DNA of 64,000 nt from positions 736,001-800,000 of the forward strand of contig CAWGED010000005.1 in the NCBI GenBank assembly GCA_963821525.1, given 5' to 3'. A program made the position numbers and the translations under genes. The DNA is from an uncultured Gemmatimonadales bacterium. Its GTDB lineage: Bacteria; Gemmatimonadota; Gemmatimonadetes; Gemmatimonadales; GWC2-71-9. Shown in pieces: positions 50,706 to 60,305 of the stretch (the stretch's first letter is position 1; every line of letters starts with the position of its first letter). The notes under the pieces were generated by a model. That model saw only the letters and a list, made by a program, of their open reading frames with translations. It had not been told where the DNA came from and made no database searches.

Positions 50706-52515
50706 TGAAAGCAACCTCACCAAGGGCCGGATAGTCCACCGGCTTCACCAGGTGGTGATCGAACCCGACGTCTTTCGACTTTCGCCGGTCCTCCTCCTGG
50801 CCCCAGCCGGTCAGGGCGATCATCAGCATGTCTCGGCCCCAGGGCTGGGACCGGATGCGGCGGCAGACCTCGAGGCCGTCGAGGTTGGGCATGCCGATGT
50901 CGAGGAGGACGACGTCGGGACGAAATGCCTCTGCCACCTCGATCGCTTCGAGTCCCTCGTTGGCCGTGTGTGCCTCGTTGCCCGAGATCTTGAGCAGCAT
51001 GGCGAGCGAAGAGGCCGCGTCGGTGTTGTCATCCACCACGAGAATGCGACGAGGCTTCGCCGCCGGCACGCTCTCCGGCAACACTCCGTTGCTCGGCGGC
51101 GGCGCGCTCATGACCGGGAGCCGAACCACGAACTCGCTCCCCCTGCCGGGCCCCTCGCTATGGGCGGCCACGCTCCCGTCATGCATCTCGACCAGACGCT
51201 TGACCAGGGTCAATCCGAGTCCGAGGCCCCCGCGCGATCCTTCGCCGCTCTGCTCGATCTGGGTGAACATCTCGAAGACGCTGGTGAGCCGGTCGGATGG
51301 GATGCCCACACCGGTGTCGTTCACCTTTACCAGAACCTCGCTCCCCGCTTGCTCAGCCGTCACCGAGATCCTGCCTCCTGGCGGCGTGTACTTGCATGCG
51401 TTGTTGAGCAGGTTGCCGAATACCTGGGCCAGGCGGGCGGGGTCGGCTTCGAGATAGATCGGCCCTGAGGGCAGGGTCACCTTCAGCTGATGGCCCAGAG
51501 ACTCGGCCTGTGGCAGGGAAGCTTCGACGGCATGCCCGATGATCCGCGCCAAGTCCACCCGCTCCTTGCTGAGCGCGAGCTTGTTGTGGGTAATGCGGCT
51601 CACGTCGAGCAGGTCATCTACCAGCCGGACCAGCTGTCCCAGCTGGCGATCCATCGTATCGACAGTCTCGTCCACTCCATTGCCGGTATCGCCGGTGCGC
51701 TTGATGATCTCGAGCGTGCTGCGGAGCGGCGCCAGCGGACCTCGAAGTTCGTGGGCCAGAAGGGCCAGGAACTCGTCCTTGCGACGATCCGCCTGTTGGA
51801 GTTGGGCCAGCAGGCTATGAATCTTCTCTTCCGCCTTCTTACGATCCGTGATGTCCCTCGCGGTCTTCGAGGCTCCCACGACCTTCCCTGATTCATCGAA
51901 CACCGGGGATATTGTCAGCGAGATGTGAATGTGCTGGCCGTCCTTTCGGAGCCGGACGGTTTCGAAGTGTTCAACCCGCTCACCGGCCCGGATGCGGCCC
52001 AGGATCTCCTTCTCTTCGTCCTGCCGGTCGGGAGGGATAATGATGGTGATATGACGGCCAATCGCTTCCGCGGCCGTGTATCCAAAGAGCCGCTCCGCCG
52101 AGGCATTCCAGGTCTGAATGATCCCGTCCACCGTCTTGCTGACGATGGCGTCGTCGGAGGACTCGACGATGGAGGCGAGGAGGCGAGCAGGGCGCTGGGA
52201 GGTTCGCATGGCCTCCCCGAAACCAATGATGATGGAGCAGGTGATGAGGTACGCGGTGAGCCCGACCAGAGTGGGCATATCCCAGACGAGTACACCGCGC
52301 GGCACGATGAAAAGGTACGAACAGGCGAGGTACCCGAGGAGCACGGCGACCAGTGCGGGGCGCCAGCCGCCGATCCAGACCCCGAACGCGACGGCGCCGT
52401 AGAGGGTCACCAGCGGCAGCGAATCGCCCAGGACGGGGTCCAGCAGCCAGCGGATCAGCACGGCCGCCGCGACCGCAACCAGCGTCAAGACGTACGTGAA
52501 ACCGGGTCTACGCAA
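50689..52515 (-). CDS. Hybrid sensor histidine kinase/response regulator (DUF4118-like TM, PAS, HisKA, HATPase, REC)
   Basis: IVESSDDAI, LAHELR, NLLNNA, DTGVGI, GLGLGL, LVVDD..LLDIGMP..HLVKP. Confidence 0.95.
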   Translation of the reverse strand: MRRPGFTYVLTLVAVAAAVLIRWLLDPVLGDSLPLVTLYGAVAFGVWIGGWRPALVAVLLGYLACSYLFIVPRGVLVWDMPTLVGLTAYLITCSIIIGFGEAMRTSQRPARLLASIVESSDDAIVSKTVDGIIQTWNASAERLFGYTAAEAIGRHITIIIPPDRQDEEKEILGRIRAGERVEHFETVRLRKDGQHIHISLTISPVFDESGKVVGASKTARDITDRKKAEEKIHSLLAQLQQADRRKDEFLALLAHELRGPLAPLRSTLEIIKRTGDTGNGVDETVDTMDRQLGQLVRLVDDLLDVSRITHNKLALSKERVDLARIIGHAVEASLPQAESLGHQLKVTLPSGPIYLEADPARLAQVFGNLLNNACKYTPPGGRISVTAEQAGSEVLVKVNDTGVGIPSDRLTSVFEMFTQIEQSGEGSRGGLGLGLTLVKRLVEMHDGSVAAHSEGPGRGSEFVVRLPVMSAPPPSNGVLPESVPAAKPRRILVVDDNTDAASSLAMLLKISGNEAHTANEGLEAIEVAEAFRPDVVLLDIGMPNLDGLEVCRRIRSQPWGRDMLMIALTGWGQEEDRRKSKDVGFDHHLVKPVDYPALGEVAFRGSRE

Positions 52516-52549
52516 TCGTACCTCATGGATGGTGCGGAGGGCGGTGCGC

Positions 52550-52630
52550 AGGGATAGGGAGTAGGGGATAGGGCTGGAAGAATCGAGTCCAGCTCCCCCC
52601 CTCCCCTCCCCTACTCCCTACTCCCTACCC
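52550..52630. repeat. Inverted heptamer tandem repeats overlapping the ispE stop
   Basis: gggatag ggagtag gggatag ... ctcccct cccctac tccctac. Confidence 0.7.
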
Positions 52631-53487
52631 CCGGCCATTATAGGCAGCACATCACCGAACTTCCTGCCAAGCATCATGAGCGCATCATCTCGAACTTCCG
52701 CACTCCGATACACCGCAAACACCGCCGAACCCGACCCGCTCATCCGGCATACTAGGGGATGGGTCTTGGCGAGGGCCTCGAATGCCTGCCGGATCTCTGG
52801 ATGATGGCCGAAGACAGCCGATTCGAAATCGTTTCCGGCGAGGCGGCCGATGCTGCCCCAGCTCGAGAGGCTGTCGTGATCCATCGCGATCGCGCCCCGG
52901 CGTCCGGCATCATGGTGTGCCGCGTCTACCCAGCGATACGCCTCCGCGGTCGAGACACCGACCTTGGGGATCAACAATATTCCGGGCGCCTGTGGAAGGG
53001 GTGGCAGCCGCAACATCCGCTCCCCCCGACCCCAGGCCAGTGCGAGCCCGCTGCCTGAGATGAAGAACGGTACGTCGCTGCCGAGTTTAGCCGCGAACTG
53101 AAGCAGCTCGTGACGGGGCACTGCGTCTGCCGCGAGCTGATTGACTGCCAACAGGGACGCGGCTCCATCACTCGAGCCACCGCCCAGCCCGGCCCTGACC
53201 GGAATCCTCTTGGTCAGAGTGAGTCGGACACCAAACTTCCTGCCCGTTGCCTCGAGTACCATTTCCGCGGCTCGAACCGCGAGGTTCTGCTCCGCCGGTC
53301 CAGTATCGGCCCCGACGACCTCCAGCGCAACCGATCCCCCCTCCACACGCTCGGCGCGTAAAGTATCGGCCAGGCTGATACGGCAGAACAGGGTCTCCAG
53401 GCTGTGGTAACCGTCGGCTTCCCGGGCGAGCACGCGCAACAGCAGGTTGACCTTGGCGTGCGCCGCCAGCTCTACGGTCGAGGTCAC
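52618..53487 (-). CDS. ispE: 4-diphosphocytidyl-2-C-methyl-D-erythritol kinase
   Basis: AKVNL.L, KRIP..AGLGGGSSD, LGSDVPF, MSGSGS. Confidence 0.96.
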   Translation of the reverse strand: MTSTVELAAHAKVNLLLRVLAREADGYHSLETLFCRISLADTLRAERVEGGSVALEVVGADTGPAEQNLAVRAAEMVLEATGRKFGVRLTLTKRIPVRAGLGGGSSDGAASLLAVNQLAADAVPRHELLQFAAKLGSDVPFFISGSGLALAWGRGERMLRLPPLPQAPGILLIPKVGVSTAEAYRWVDAAHHDAGRRGAIAMDHDSLSSWGSIGRLAGNDFESAVFGHHPEIRQAFEALAKTHPLVCRMSGSGSAVFAVYRSAEVRDDALMMLGRKFGDVLPIMAGGRE

Positions 53488-54506
53488 CCCGGAGATCTCC
53501 GGAGGTCGCGGAGCCCGATGTTGGTGCGTGCCACCGACCAGGCACCGAGCAGGGTGATGGGGATGAAGGTGGTGATGTGGTAGGTAAAGGCGTAGGTCGC
53601 GGCCAGGCTGGCATCAACATGGTAGAGACCGAGGACCGCGATGATCGGCGCCTCGAAGACGCCGACATATCCCGGCGTCGAGGGAACGGCGATGCCGAAC
53701 ATGATGAGACTCTGCATGAGCAGCGCGCCGGCGAAACTCACCTCGATGCCGAAGGCCGCGAACATCACATAAAAGGAAAGGGCGCTGAGCCCCCAGACGG
53801 CAAGCGACCAGAGCACCACACCGAGTATTCGCACCGGCGACTGAAGCGCCGAGAGTCCCTGGCGGATGCCTTCGATGATGGTAACCAGCCGGTCGGCCAG
53901 ACCCTTGAAGGGAACCACCTTCCGGATCGTGGCTTCCGCGGCCCGAGGAAAGGCAACGACGGCTCCGGCGAGAGCGAGGCCGGCCACCGCGGCGACCCCC
54001 ACGAGGGTCGCGAGCCGTCCCATGTGTACGCCGCCGACTTCCGCGTCAGCCGGCAGGCCGGCCAGCAGCAGGCCCAGGCCGAGGAAGAATCCGACGGTGA
54101 GCGCGTCGAACATCCGCTCGACCGCGATCGAGCTCAGTGCCGCGGTGAACCGCACGCCGGCAAGCCGCGTCGCCGCGAAGGTCCTCACCACTTCTCCGAT
54201 CCTGAGCGGCAGCACGTTGTTCGCCATGAAGCCCATCGCGATCGCATGCCAGAGGGGACCCGGTGGAAGCCGGCTCCCGTCTTCCGCGCGGAGCAGGAGC
54301 TGCCAGCGGAAGATGCGAAGCACGAAGGTGAGCGTCGCCATGACGATGCCCACGATGATCGGAAAGAGCCGAGCCTCCCTCAGGTGAAGGAGGACCTCGG
54401 CGAAGTTCACATCCTTGAGCGACCACCACAGCAGCGTCGCGGAAACGACGATACCGAGGAGAGCCTGCCAGACCGGCGGGCGTTGGGTGACGGGTGGGGA
54501 CGACAA
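53484..54506 (-). CDS. Lysylphosphatidylglycerol synthase TM-domain (flippase-like) protein
   Basis: R..RW, GFMANNVLP.R.GE, ERMFD, PSTPGYVGVFE. Confidence 0.9.
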   Translation of the reverse strand: MSSPPVTQRPPVWQALLGIVVSATLLWWSLKDVNFAEVLLHLREARLFPIIVGIVMATLTFVLRIFRWQLLLRAEDGSRLPPGPLWHAIAMGFMANNVLPLRIGEVVRTFAATRLAGVRFTAALSSIAVERMFDALTVGFFLGLGLLLAGLPADAEVGGVHMGRLATLVGVAAVAGLALAGAVVAFPRAAEATIRKVVPFKGLADRLVTIIEGIRQGLSALQSPVRILGVVLWSLAVWGLSALSFYVMFAAFGIEVSFAGALLMQSLIMFGIAVPSTPGYVGVFEAPIIAVLGLYHVDASLAATYAFTYHITTFIPITLLGAWSVARTNIGLRDLRRSPG

Positions 54507-54512
54507 GTGCGA

Positions 54513-56237
54513 CTACTCGACCTGCGCGAGATCTACGAGGTCGAGCAGTTCCTCGACGAGGGGTCGTAAGACTGCGCCGGCTGCATGGGACGCCATTGCC
54601 TCCCGGATCTCCATTCGCACGGCGGCGGCGCGAGTGAGTGCGCTGCGGCCCCGGTAGCAGATCGCAGCGATGTCCACGACGGCTGGTTCTTCGGCGGCTC
54701 GCGCGAGAGGGGTCGTTGGACGCGGAGCAGGGGTGGGGGCAGGAGGCTGCCGCGGGCACAGCTGCGGCCGCTGGCGCAGGTGCGGCGCGTGGTGTCGGCT
54801 TGATCAGCTCTTCGAGCGACGCACCGTCGAGCCCGTTCTCGGCGACCAGCCGGTGGTACTTGAGCAGGCTCGCGAGGATACCGGTGTCTTCCGCGTTCGG
54901 GGCGGCTTCGTCGTCGGGGGCGAGGGCCTCGATGGGGACGACGTCTTCTTTGGGGGCGACCGAGGCGACCAGGGCGACGGGGCGACGGGCGACACAGGCA
55001 GGGCGGCGCGAGCGGCGGGGAGCCCGATGTTCCGAACATCCTGCGCCAGCACGGCCAACGCCTCGGCGAGGCCGGTCCTCCCACCCGATTCGCTCACGGC
55101 CCGCAGCTTGGAGCCGACCGCGCGAAGAATTGCCGCGAACCGGCGATGCTGCGATGCCGCACTGCCGTCGCCGATCGCGCTCCGCGTCGCGGCTGAGATG
55201 CTGTCGAGCGCCTCGGCGAGCGGATGATCGGTTACATCGTGGCTCAGGATCTGGAGCACGCCGGAGAGCGAATGCAGCCGGAGACTCTGCATCGTGGGAG
55301 ATGTCGCCCGCTCCAGTTCATCCGCTGCCTGGCAGAGATGCTCACCCCGGCTCACCAGCTCGGCTGCAACCATCTCGACTCGCGGTGCCACCTGGGGCGC
55401 CGTGCCGCGACTCACCACACCCGGTTCGCCATCGGGGAACAGGGTCTCGATCGGGACCACCGCGGTCTGCGGTGGCTCGGCCTTGAGCAGGAGTGCTGCG
55501 AACTCCCGGCACTCCGTCGCCTCGGGATCGGGCTTTCCTTGCTCGGCCACGTCGCGCGCCGAGCGGGCCAGCGCCTGCGCCGCCGCGGCGAGCAGTTCGC
55601 TGAGCAGAGAACCGGCGGTGCCGCTCAGCGCGTTGCTACTGCGCTCGACGCCATCGAGGATTTCGGCGAGGGGAGGGAAATCAGAGAGCGCGGCGAGACC
55701 ACGGAGCGGCTGCATCCGGCGCAGCACCGCCTGCATCGGTTCATGCCCGGCAGACGAGCTGCGCAGTGATCGCGAGGCCTGGTCCAGTGCGCTCGCAACA
55801 GTCGCCGCCTCGCGCGCGAGAAAGGCGCGGACTCCCGCCTCGCTCACCCCGCTGATGCCACCCGAACCGGGACCCGCCATCGCCTCGAGCCGCATCGCGA
55901 GCCGTTCGGCGCGACCACTGTCGTCCGGCGTCCACTTGGTCACGTGGTGGACCAGGTCCCGCATCTCATCGACGGCCGCGGCGACCAGCGTCGCCGTCTC
56001 CATGTCCCAGGGCCGTCGCCCATCTCGATAAGCGCGAAGCACGTGCTCGAGGCCGCTCGCCGCGCGGGCGATGAGGTGCTGGTTGGCCATGAGCGCGCTG
56101 CCACGAAGAGCGCGGGCGTATCGCACCAGCTCGTCGGGTCGCGGCGCGGTCGCACGGGACACCAGGACACCAAGCCGCTCGAGATACTCGCCGGCTTCGT
56201 GCGAAAAGAAGTCGTCAATACCGAGCGGCTGGGTCAT
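54513..56237 (-). CDS. Protein with degenerate Hpt-like helical bundles; frameshifts in the Pro-rich linker
   Basis: FFSHEAGEYL..ARALRGSA and FLAREA..MQPLRG repeats; C-terminus CYRGRSAL..LVEELLDLVDLAQVE*. Confidence 0.7.
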
Positions 56238-56332
56238 CGCGGACTCGGGTAAAGGCTCAGACTCTGGTGAAGGCGAAGGAGAAACACCCTAAGTGTAGGA
56301 ATCCCCAGCGTTTCGGTCAATTCGCCCGATCG

Positions 56333-57040
56333 CTACCGGGGGACCAGCCGCCGCATCTCGCTTACCGCTTCCTTCATCCCGGTGAGAATCGCCCGGCTCA
56401 TCACGCTGTGCCCGATGTTGAGCTCCTCGATCGACTGAACCGCGGCGACCGGCGCGACGTTAAGGTAGGTGAGGCCGTGACCCGCATGAACTGCCAGACC
56501 GATTCCGGCGGCGTGGCGGGACGCGTCCTTGAGCTGTTCCAGTGCGGCAGGGCCCTGACGCCAGGTGTGGGCGTAGCGCCCGGTGTGCAGCTCGATCGCG
56601 GGAACGCCGAGTTCGCGGGCGCGGTCGATGGTCTCGCGGGTAGGGTCAATGAAGAGGCTCACGCGGCAGCCGGCCCCCGTCAGCCGATTGATGGCTTCGA
56701 TCAGTCGGGGATCCTTCCGGGAGAGATCGAGTCCGCCCTCGGTGGTGATCTCTTCCCGGCGTTCCGGCACCAGCGTCGCCTGGAACGGTTTGAGCCGGCA
56801 GGCCAAGCCTACGATCTCGGAACTCGAGGCCAGCTCGAAGTTGAGCACGGTGCGAACCGAACGGGCCAGGCGTTCGAGGTCTTTGTCCTGCATGTGGCGC
56901 CGGTCTTCCCGCAAGTGGGCCGTAATGCCATCGGCGCCAGCGGCTTCGCAGAGCTCGGCGGCCGCCACCGGGTCCGGTTCGTCGGTCTTGCGTGCTTCGC
57001 GCAGGGTCGCGACGTGATCGACGTTGATGTATAGACGCAT
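56333..57040 (-). CDS. pdxJ: Pyridoxine 5'-phosphate synthase
   Basis: NVDHVATLR, HLREDRRH, IELHTG, HAGHGL, ELNIGH. Confidence 0.97.
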   Translation of the reverse strand: MRLYINVDHVATLREARKTDEPDPVAAAELCEAAGADGITAHLREDRRHMQDKDLERLARSVRTVLNFELASSSEIVGLACRLKPFQATLVPERREEITTEGGLDLSRKDPRLIEAINRLTGAGCRVSLFIDPTRETIDRARELGVPAIELHTGRYAHTWRQGPAALEQLKDASRHAAGIGLAVHAGHGLTYLNVAPVAAVQSIEELNIGHSVMSRAILTGMKEAVSEMRRLVPR

Positions 57041-57124
57041 GACGGTTGATGATGTAGAGGCCCCGAGGTTGATTGGGGCCACGCTCGTTTAATTTGCGCC
57101 ACTCTTTTGAGGGAGCGCGCCCGC

Positions 57125-57601
57125 GTGACGAGATCGCCAGCGATGGTCTGCCTGATAACGCTACTCGTCGGATGCGGCGGCGGTGGCAGCCCGGCATCTC
57201 CGGCACCCGGCAACGCGAGCGATAGCCCGGAGACAGCGGTCAAGAACTTCATGCAGGCGATCGCCGACAGCAATATCACCCGGATGACGCAGCTCTGGGG
57301 CACAGCCAAGGGTCCGGCCGCGGAAACCAAGAAGCCGGATGACTACGAAAAGCGAATGATCATCACGCAGCTGTACCTGCGGGGCGCGGGGTACCGGATC
57401 ATTCGGGTGGACCCGATCACCGACGATCCGACGCGGAACCTGGTGACGGTGGACCTCAATCGGGGCGAATGCACCAAATCGGTGCCGTTCACGGTGGTCA
57501 ACACGGGCAACAGCTGGATCGTAAATCAGATTGACCTGAACCTGGCCGGGACGCCGGTGCGGCCCTGCGAGCCGTCGGTGCCCGAGGAGGGGAAGCCCTG
57601 A
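57125..57601 (+). CDS. Hypothetical lipoprotein
   Basis: Lipobox LVGC; PETAVKNFMQA..LWGT..GP; start uncertain. Confidence 0.75.
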   Translation: MTRSPAMVCLITLLVGCGGGGSPASPAPGNASDSPETAVKNFMQAIADSNITRMTQLWGTAKGPAAETKKPDDYEKRMIITQLYLRGAGYRIIRVDPITDDPTRNLVTVDLNRGECTKSVPFTVVNTGNSWIVNQIDLNLAGTPVRPCEPSVPEEGKP

Positions 57602-57997
57602 TCAGTCGGTAAGCTCGATCAGGATCCCCGAGGTGCTCTTGGGGTGGACGAACGCCACGCGGCGCCCACCCGCACCCGGACGAGGTTGCTGATCCACGAG
57701 CTGGTAGCCGGCGCGACGGCAGGAATCGAGGGCTTCGTCCAGATCGGGGACCCGGTAGCAGATGTGATGGATGCCGGGACCACGTTTGGCCAGGAACCTG
57801 GCAACGGGACTATCGGGGGTGCGGGGCTCCAGGAGCTCGACCTCGGTGTCGCCGAAGTGCAGCGAGACGATCATCGCCCCATCGGACATTTCGGGGCGGC
57901 CGGGGGCCAGACCAAGGACCTCGGTATAAAAGGTAAGGGCTGCGGTGATGTCCTCCACCGCGATGCCAACATGGGCGATCCTGGGGCTGGATATCAG
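57602..57997 (-). CDS. mce: Methylmalonyl-CoA epimerase; non-canonical start probable
   Basis: IAHVGIAV, VELLEP, GPGIHHIC, AFVHPKS..GILIEL. Confidence 0.92.
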   Translation of the reverse strand: MISSPRIAHVGIAVEDITAALTFYTEVLGLAPGRPEMSDGAMIVSLHFGDTEVELLEPRTPDSPVARFLAKRGPGIHHICYRVPDLDEALDSCRRAGYQLVDQQPRPGAGGRRVAFVHPKSTSGILIELTD

Positions 57998-58082
57998 GGG
58001 AGCCTCCCGGGGAGGATATCACAAGGCGTTTCCGGCCTGCGGGGCGGGCGCAAGTATCCGGTATTGGAAAGGATCATAACGA

Positions 58083-58439
58083 ATGTCGAGCAGCAACGTC
58101 ACGCATGTAACCGATGACTCGTTCGCCGCCCAGGTGGAGCAGAACGAGGGCCTGACCCTGGTGGACTTCTGGGCCGCCTGGTGTGGACCCTGCGTCGCCA
58201 TCGCTCCGGCCATCGACCAGCTGGCGGATGAGCTGGTCGGCAAGGTGAAGATCGCCAAGCTGGACACCGATGCCAACCAGCGGACCGCCATCCGGTTCAA
58301 CGTGCGGTCGATCCCCAGCATCCTGTTCTTCGTGAACGGCAAGCACGTGGACACGGTGGTCGGCGGCCACCCGTCCAGCATCAAGAACGTGCTCACCGGG
58401 AAGATTCAACAGCATAGCGGGGAGACGGTCAAGAAGTAA
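58083..58439 (+). CDS. trxA: Thioredoxin
   Basis: VDFWAAWCGPC, VRSIP. Confidence 0.96.
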   Translation: MSSSNVTHVTDDSFAAQVEQNEGLTLVDFWAAWCGPCVAIAPAIDQLADELVGKVKIAKLDTDANQRTAIRFNVRSIPSILFFVNGKHVDTVVGGHPSSIKNVLTGKIQQHSGETVKK

Positions 58440-58555
58440 TGAGATAAGGAAGTACCGAGTACGACGGAGTACCGAGTACCGAGAGGTGAGAAGGAAGAAG
58501 TACGAGGTGGGTAGGAGGCCTGGGTTCCTGGCACTCCTGCCCACCTTTTGTTTCT

Positions 58556-58722
58556 ACCTAACCCCCTGTCCCCCTTCCCTATTGGGAAGGGGGAACTCGT
58601 CCGATGAGTCTACGCTGACCTTGGTGAAAAACGGTGTGACTCGAGAACGGTGCTTCGCCCACCAGAGACACTTGCTCGGCGGTGCGCTGTCCCTCCAATG
58701 GGAAGGGGTCAGGGGGTTAGGT
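58556..58722. repeat. MITE/REP-like element with ~30-bp terminal inverted repeats
   Basis: ACCTAACCCCCTGTCCCCCTTCCC... / ...GGGAAGGGGTCAGGGGGTTAGGT; preceded by AGTACCG heptamers at about 58450-58485. Confidence 0.75.
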
Positions 58723-58767
58723 CACTCAGTCCTCAGTCCTATCCTGCCGTTCCACTACCTTTCCCTC

Positions 58768-59595
58768 ATGGCCGCCACGCTTTACGTCGTCGCGACGCCG
58801 CTGGGCAACCTGGGTGACTTGACCCTCCGCGCCCGCGAACTGCTCCGCACGGTAGATGTGGTGGCCGCCGAGGATACCCGCAGGGTTCGGGGACTCCTGA
58901 CCCACCTCGATGCCCATCCCAGGGTCCTGAGTTTCCACGCCCACTCTCCGGTGCGCCGGCAGGAGACCCTGCTCGAAATCCTCGGCGAGGGGCGCTCGGT
59001 TGCCCTCGTGACCGATGCTGGGACACCGGGCATCAGCGATCCCGGTGCCGAGCTCGTGGCCGTCGTGCGCGAAGCCGGCTTTCCTGTCGTCCCCCTGCCA
59101 GGACCATCTGCCGTCGGGACTGCGCTCTCAGCCGCCGGGCTTCCCGCGGATCGCTACCTGTTCCTCGGCTTTCTCCCTCGCAAAGGGAAGGAACGCGCCC
59201 GCCTCTTGCAGCAAGCCTTGTCGTCGGAATGGACCGTGGTGTTCTACGAGGCGCCGAGTCGGCTGACCGAATTGCTGGGAGACGTGGCGAAGCAACAGCC
59301 GGAGCGCCGCGTGGTGGTCGCCCGGGAGCTGACCAAGCTTCATGAGGAGTTCCGGGCCGGAACCGCCACCGAGACGCTCGCGTACTATGAAGGCACTCCA
59401 CCCCGTGGCGAGGTCACCGTTGTTCTGGAAGGGAACGGCAAGCCGGTCGAGCCGCTCTCGTCCGACGACGTTGCCGCTCGCGCCGTCCGGCTCCTCGCCG
59501 AAGGGCTCACCCGTAAGGCCGCGGTGCAGCAGCTTATGAAGGAAACGATGATCTCGCGGAACGAGGCGTACCGGATCGTGATGGAGACGCCGTGA
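58768..59595 (+). CDS. rsmI: 16S rRNA C1402 2'-O-methyltransferase
   Basis: LYVVATPLGNL.D, AEDTR, DAGTPGISDPG, FYEAP.R, ARELTKLHEE. Confidence 0.97.
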   Translation: MAATLYVVATPLGNLGDLTLRARELLRTVDVVAAEDTRRVRGLLTHLDAHPRVLSFHAHSPVRRQETLLEILGEGRSVALVTDAGTPGISDPGAELVAVVREAGFPVVPLPGPSAVGTALSAAGLPADRYLFLGFLPRKGKERARLLQQALSSEWTVVFYEAPSRLTELLGDVAKQQPERRVVVARELTKLHEEFRAGTATETLAYYEGTPPRGEVTVVLEGNGKPVEPLSSDDVAARAVRLLAEGLTRKAAVQQLMKETMISRNEAYRIVMETP

Positions 59596-60305
59596 TGGGC
59601 GGCTCGGCGGCTCGGCGGCTCGGCGGCTCGGTGATTGGCGTGTTGGCGCTCCTGCTTGGAACGGCGGCATCGCTCGAGGCGCAGGCGGCGGGGAGTCGCC
59701 TGCCGGGCACCATGACGATCGGGCGCCTGCACTACGACGGTGGGGGGGACTGGTACGCCAATCCTTCCAGCCTGCCGAATCTCCTCGCCGCGATTGCGTC
59801 TCGTACCTCGCTCCGGGTCGCGCCGAAAGAACGCGTCGTTACCCTGAGCAGCGACGATCTGTGGGATGTCCCGTACATCCATATGACGGGGCACGGCAAC
59901 GTCCACTTCAGCGACCAGGACCTGGAGCGGCTGCGGCGCTATCTCCGCCAGGGCGGATTCCTCCATGCGGACGACAATTACGGCATGGACCAGTCCATCC
60001 GGAGAGAACTGGCTCGGCTCTTCCCCGATCATCCCCTGGTCGAGGTGCCGCTGAATCACCCGATCTATCACCTGATCTACGATTTTCCCAAGGGCGTCCC
60101 CAAGATTCATGTGCACGATGGCAAGCCGGCCCAGGGCTTTGGCATCTTCCTCGATGGCCGGCTGGCGGTCTATTACACGTACCAGTCCGATTTGGGCGAC
60201 GGCTGGGAGGACTTCGAAGTCCATCATGATCCACCGGAGAAACACGAGGCCGCGCTGCGAATGGGAGTGAACCTCTTCGCCTACGCCGTGGGGTACGGCG
60301 GGTGA
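59592..60305 (+). CDS. DUF4159 domain protein
   Basis: YDGGGDWY.NP, HMTGHG, GGFLHADDNYG, DLGDGWED, MGVN. Confidence 0.9.
   Translation: MMGGSAARRLGGSVIGVLALLLGTAASLEAQAAGSRLPGTMTIGRLHYDGGGDWYANPSSLPNLLAAIASRTSLRVAPKERVVTLSSDDLWDVPYIHMTGHGNVHFSDQDLERLRRYLRQGGFLHADDNYGMDQSIRRELARLFPDHPLVEVPLNHPIYHLIYDFPKGVPKIHVHDGKPAQGFGIFLDGRLAVYYTYQSDLGDGWEDFEVHHDPPEKHEAALRMGVNLFAYAVGYGG

Noticed and set aside
58556..58722. attC site (ends ACCTAAC/GTTAGGT)
   Set aside because: Long, lies between housekeeping genes, and the arms are C/G-run hairpins typical of REP/MITE elements
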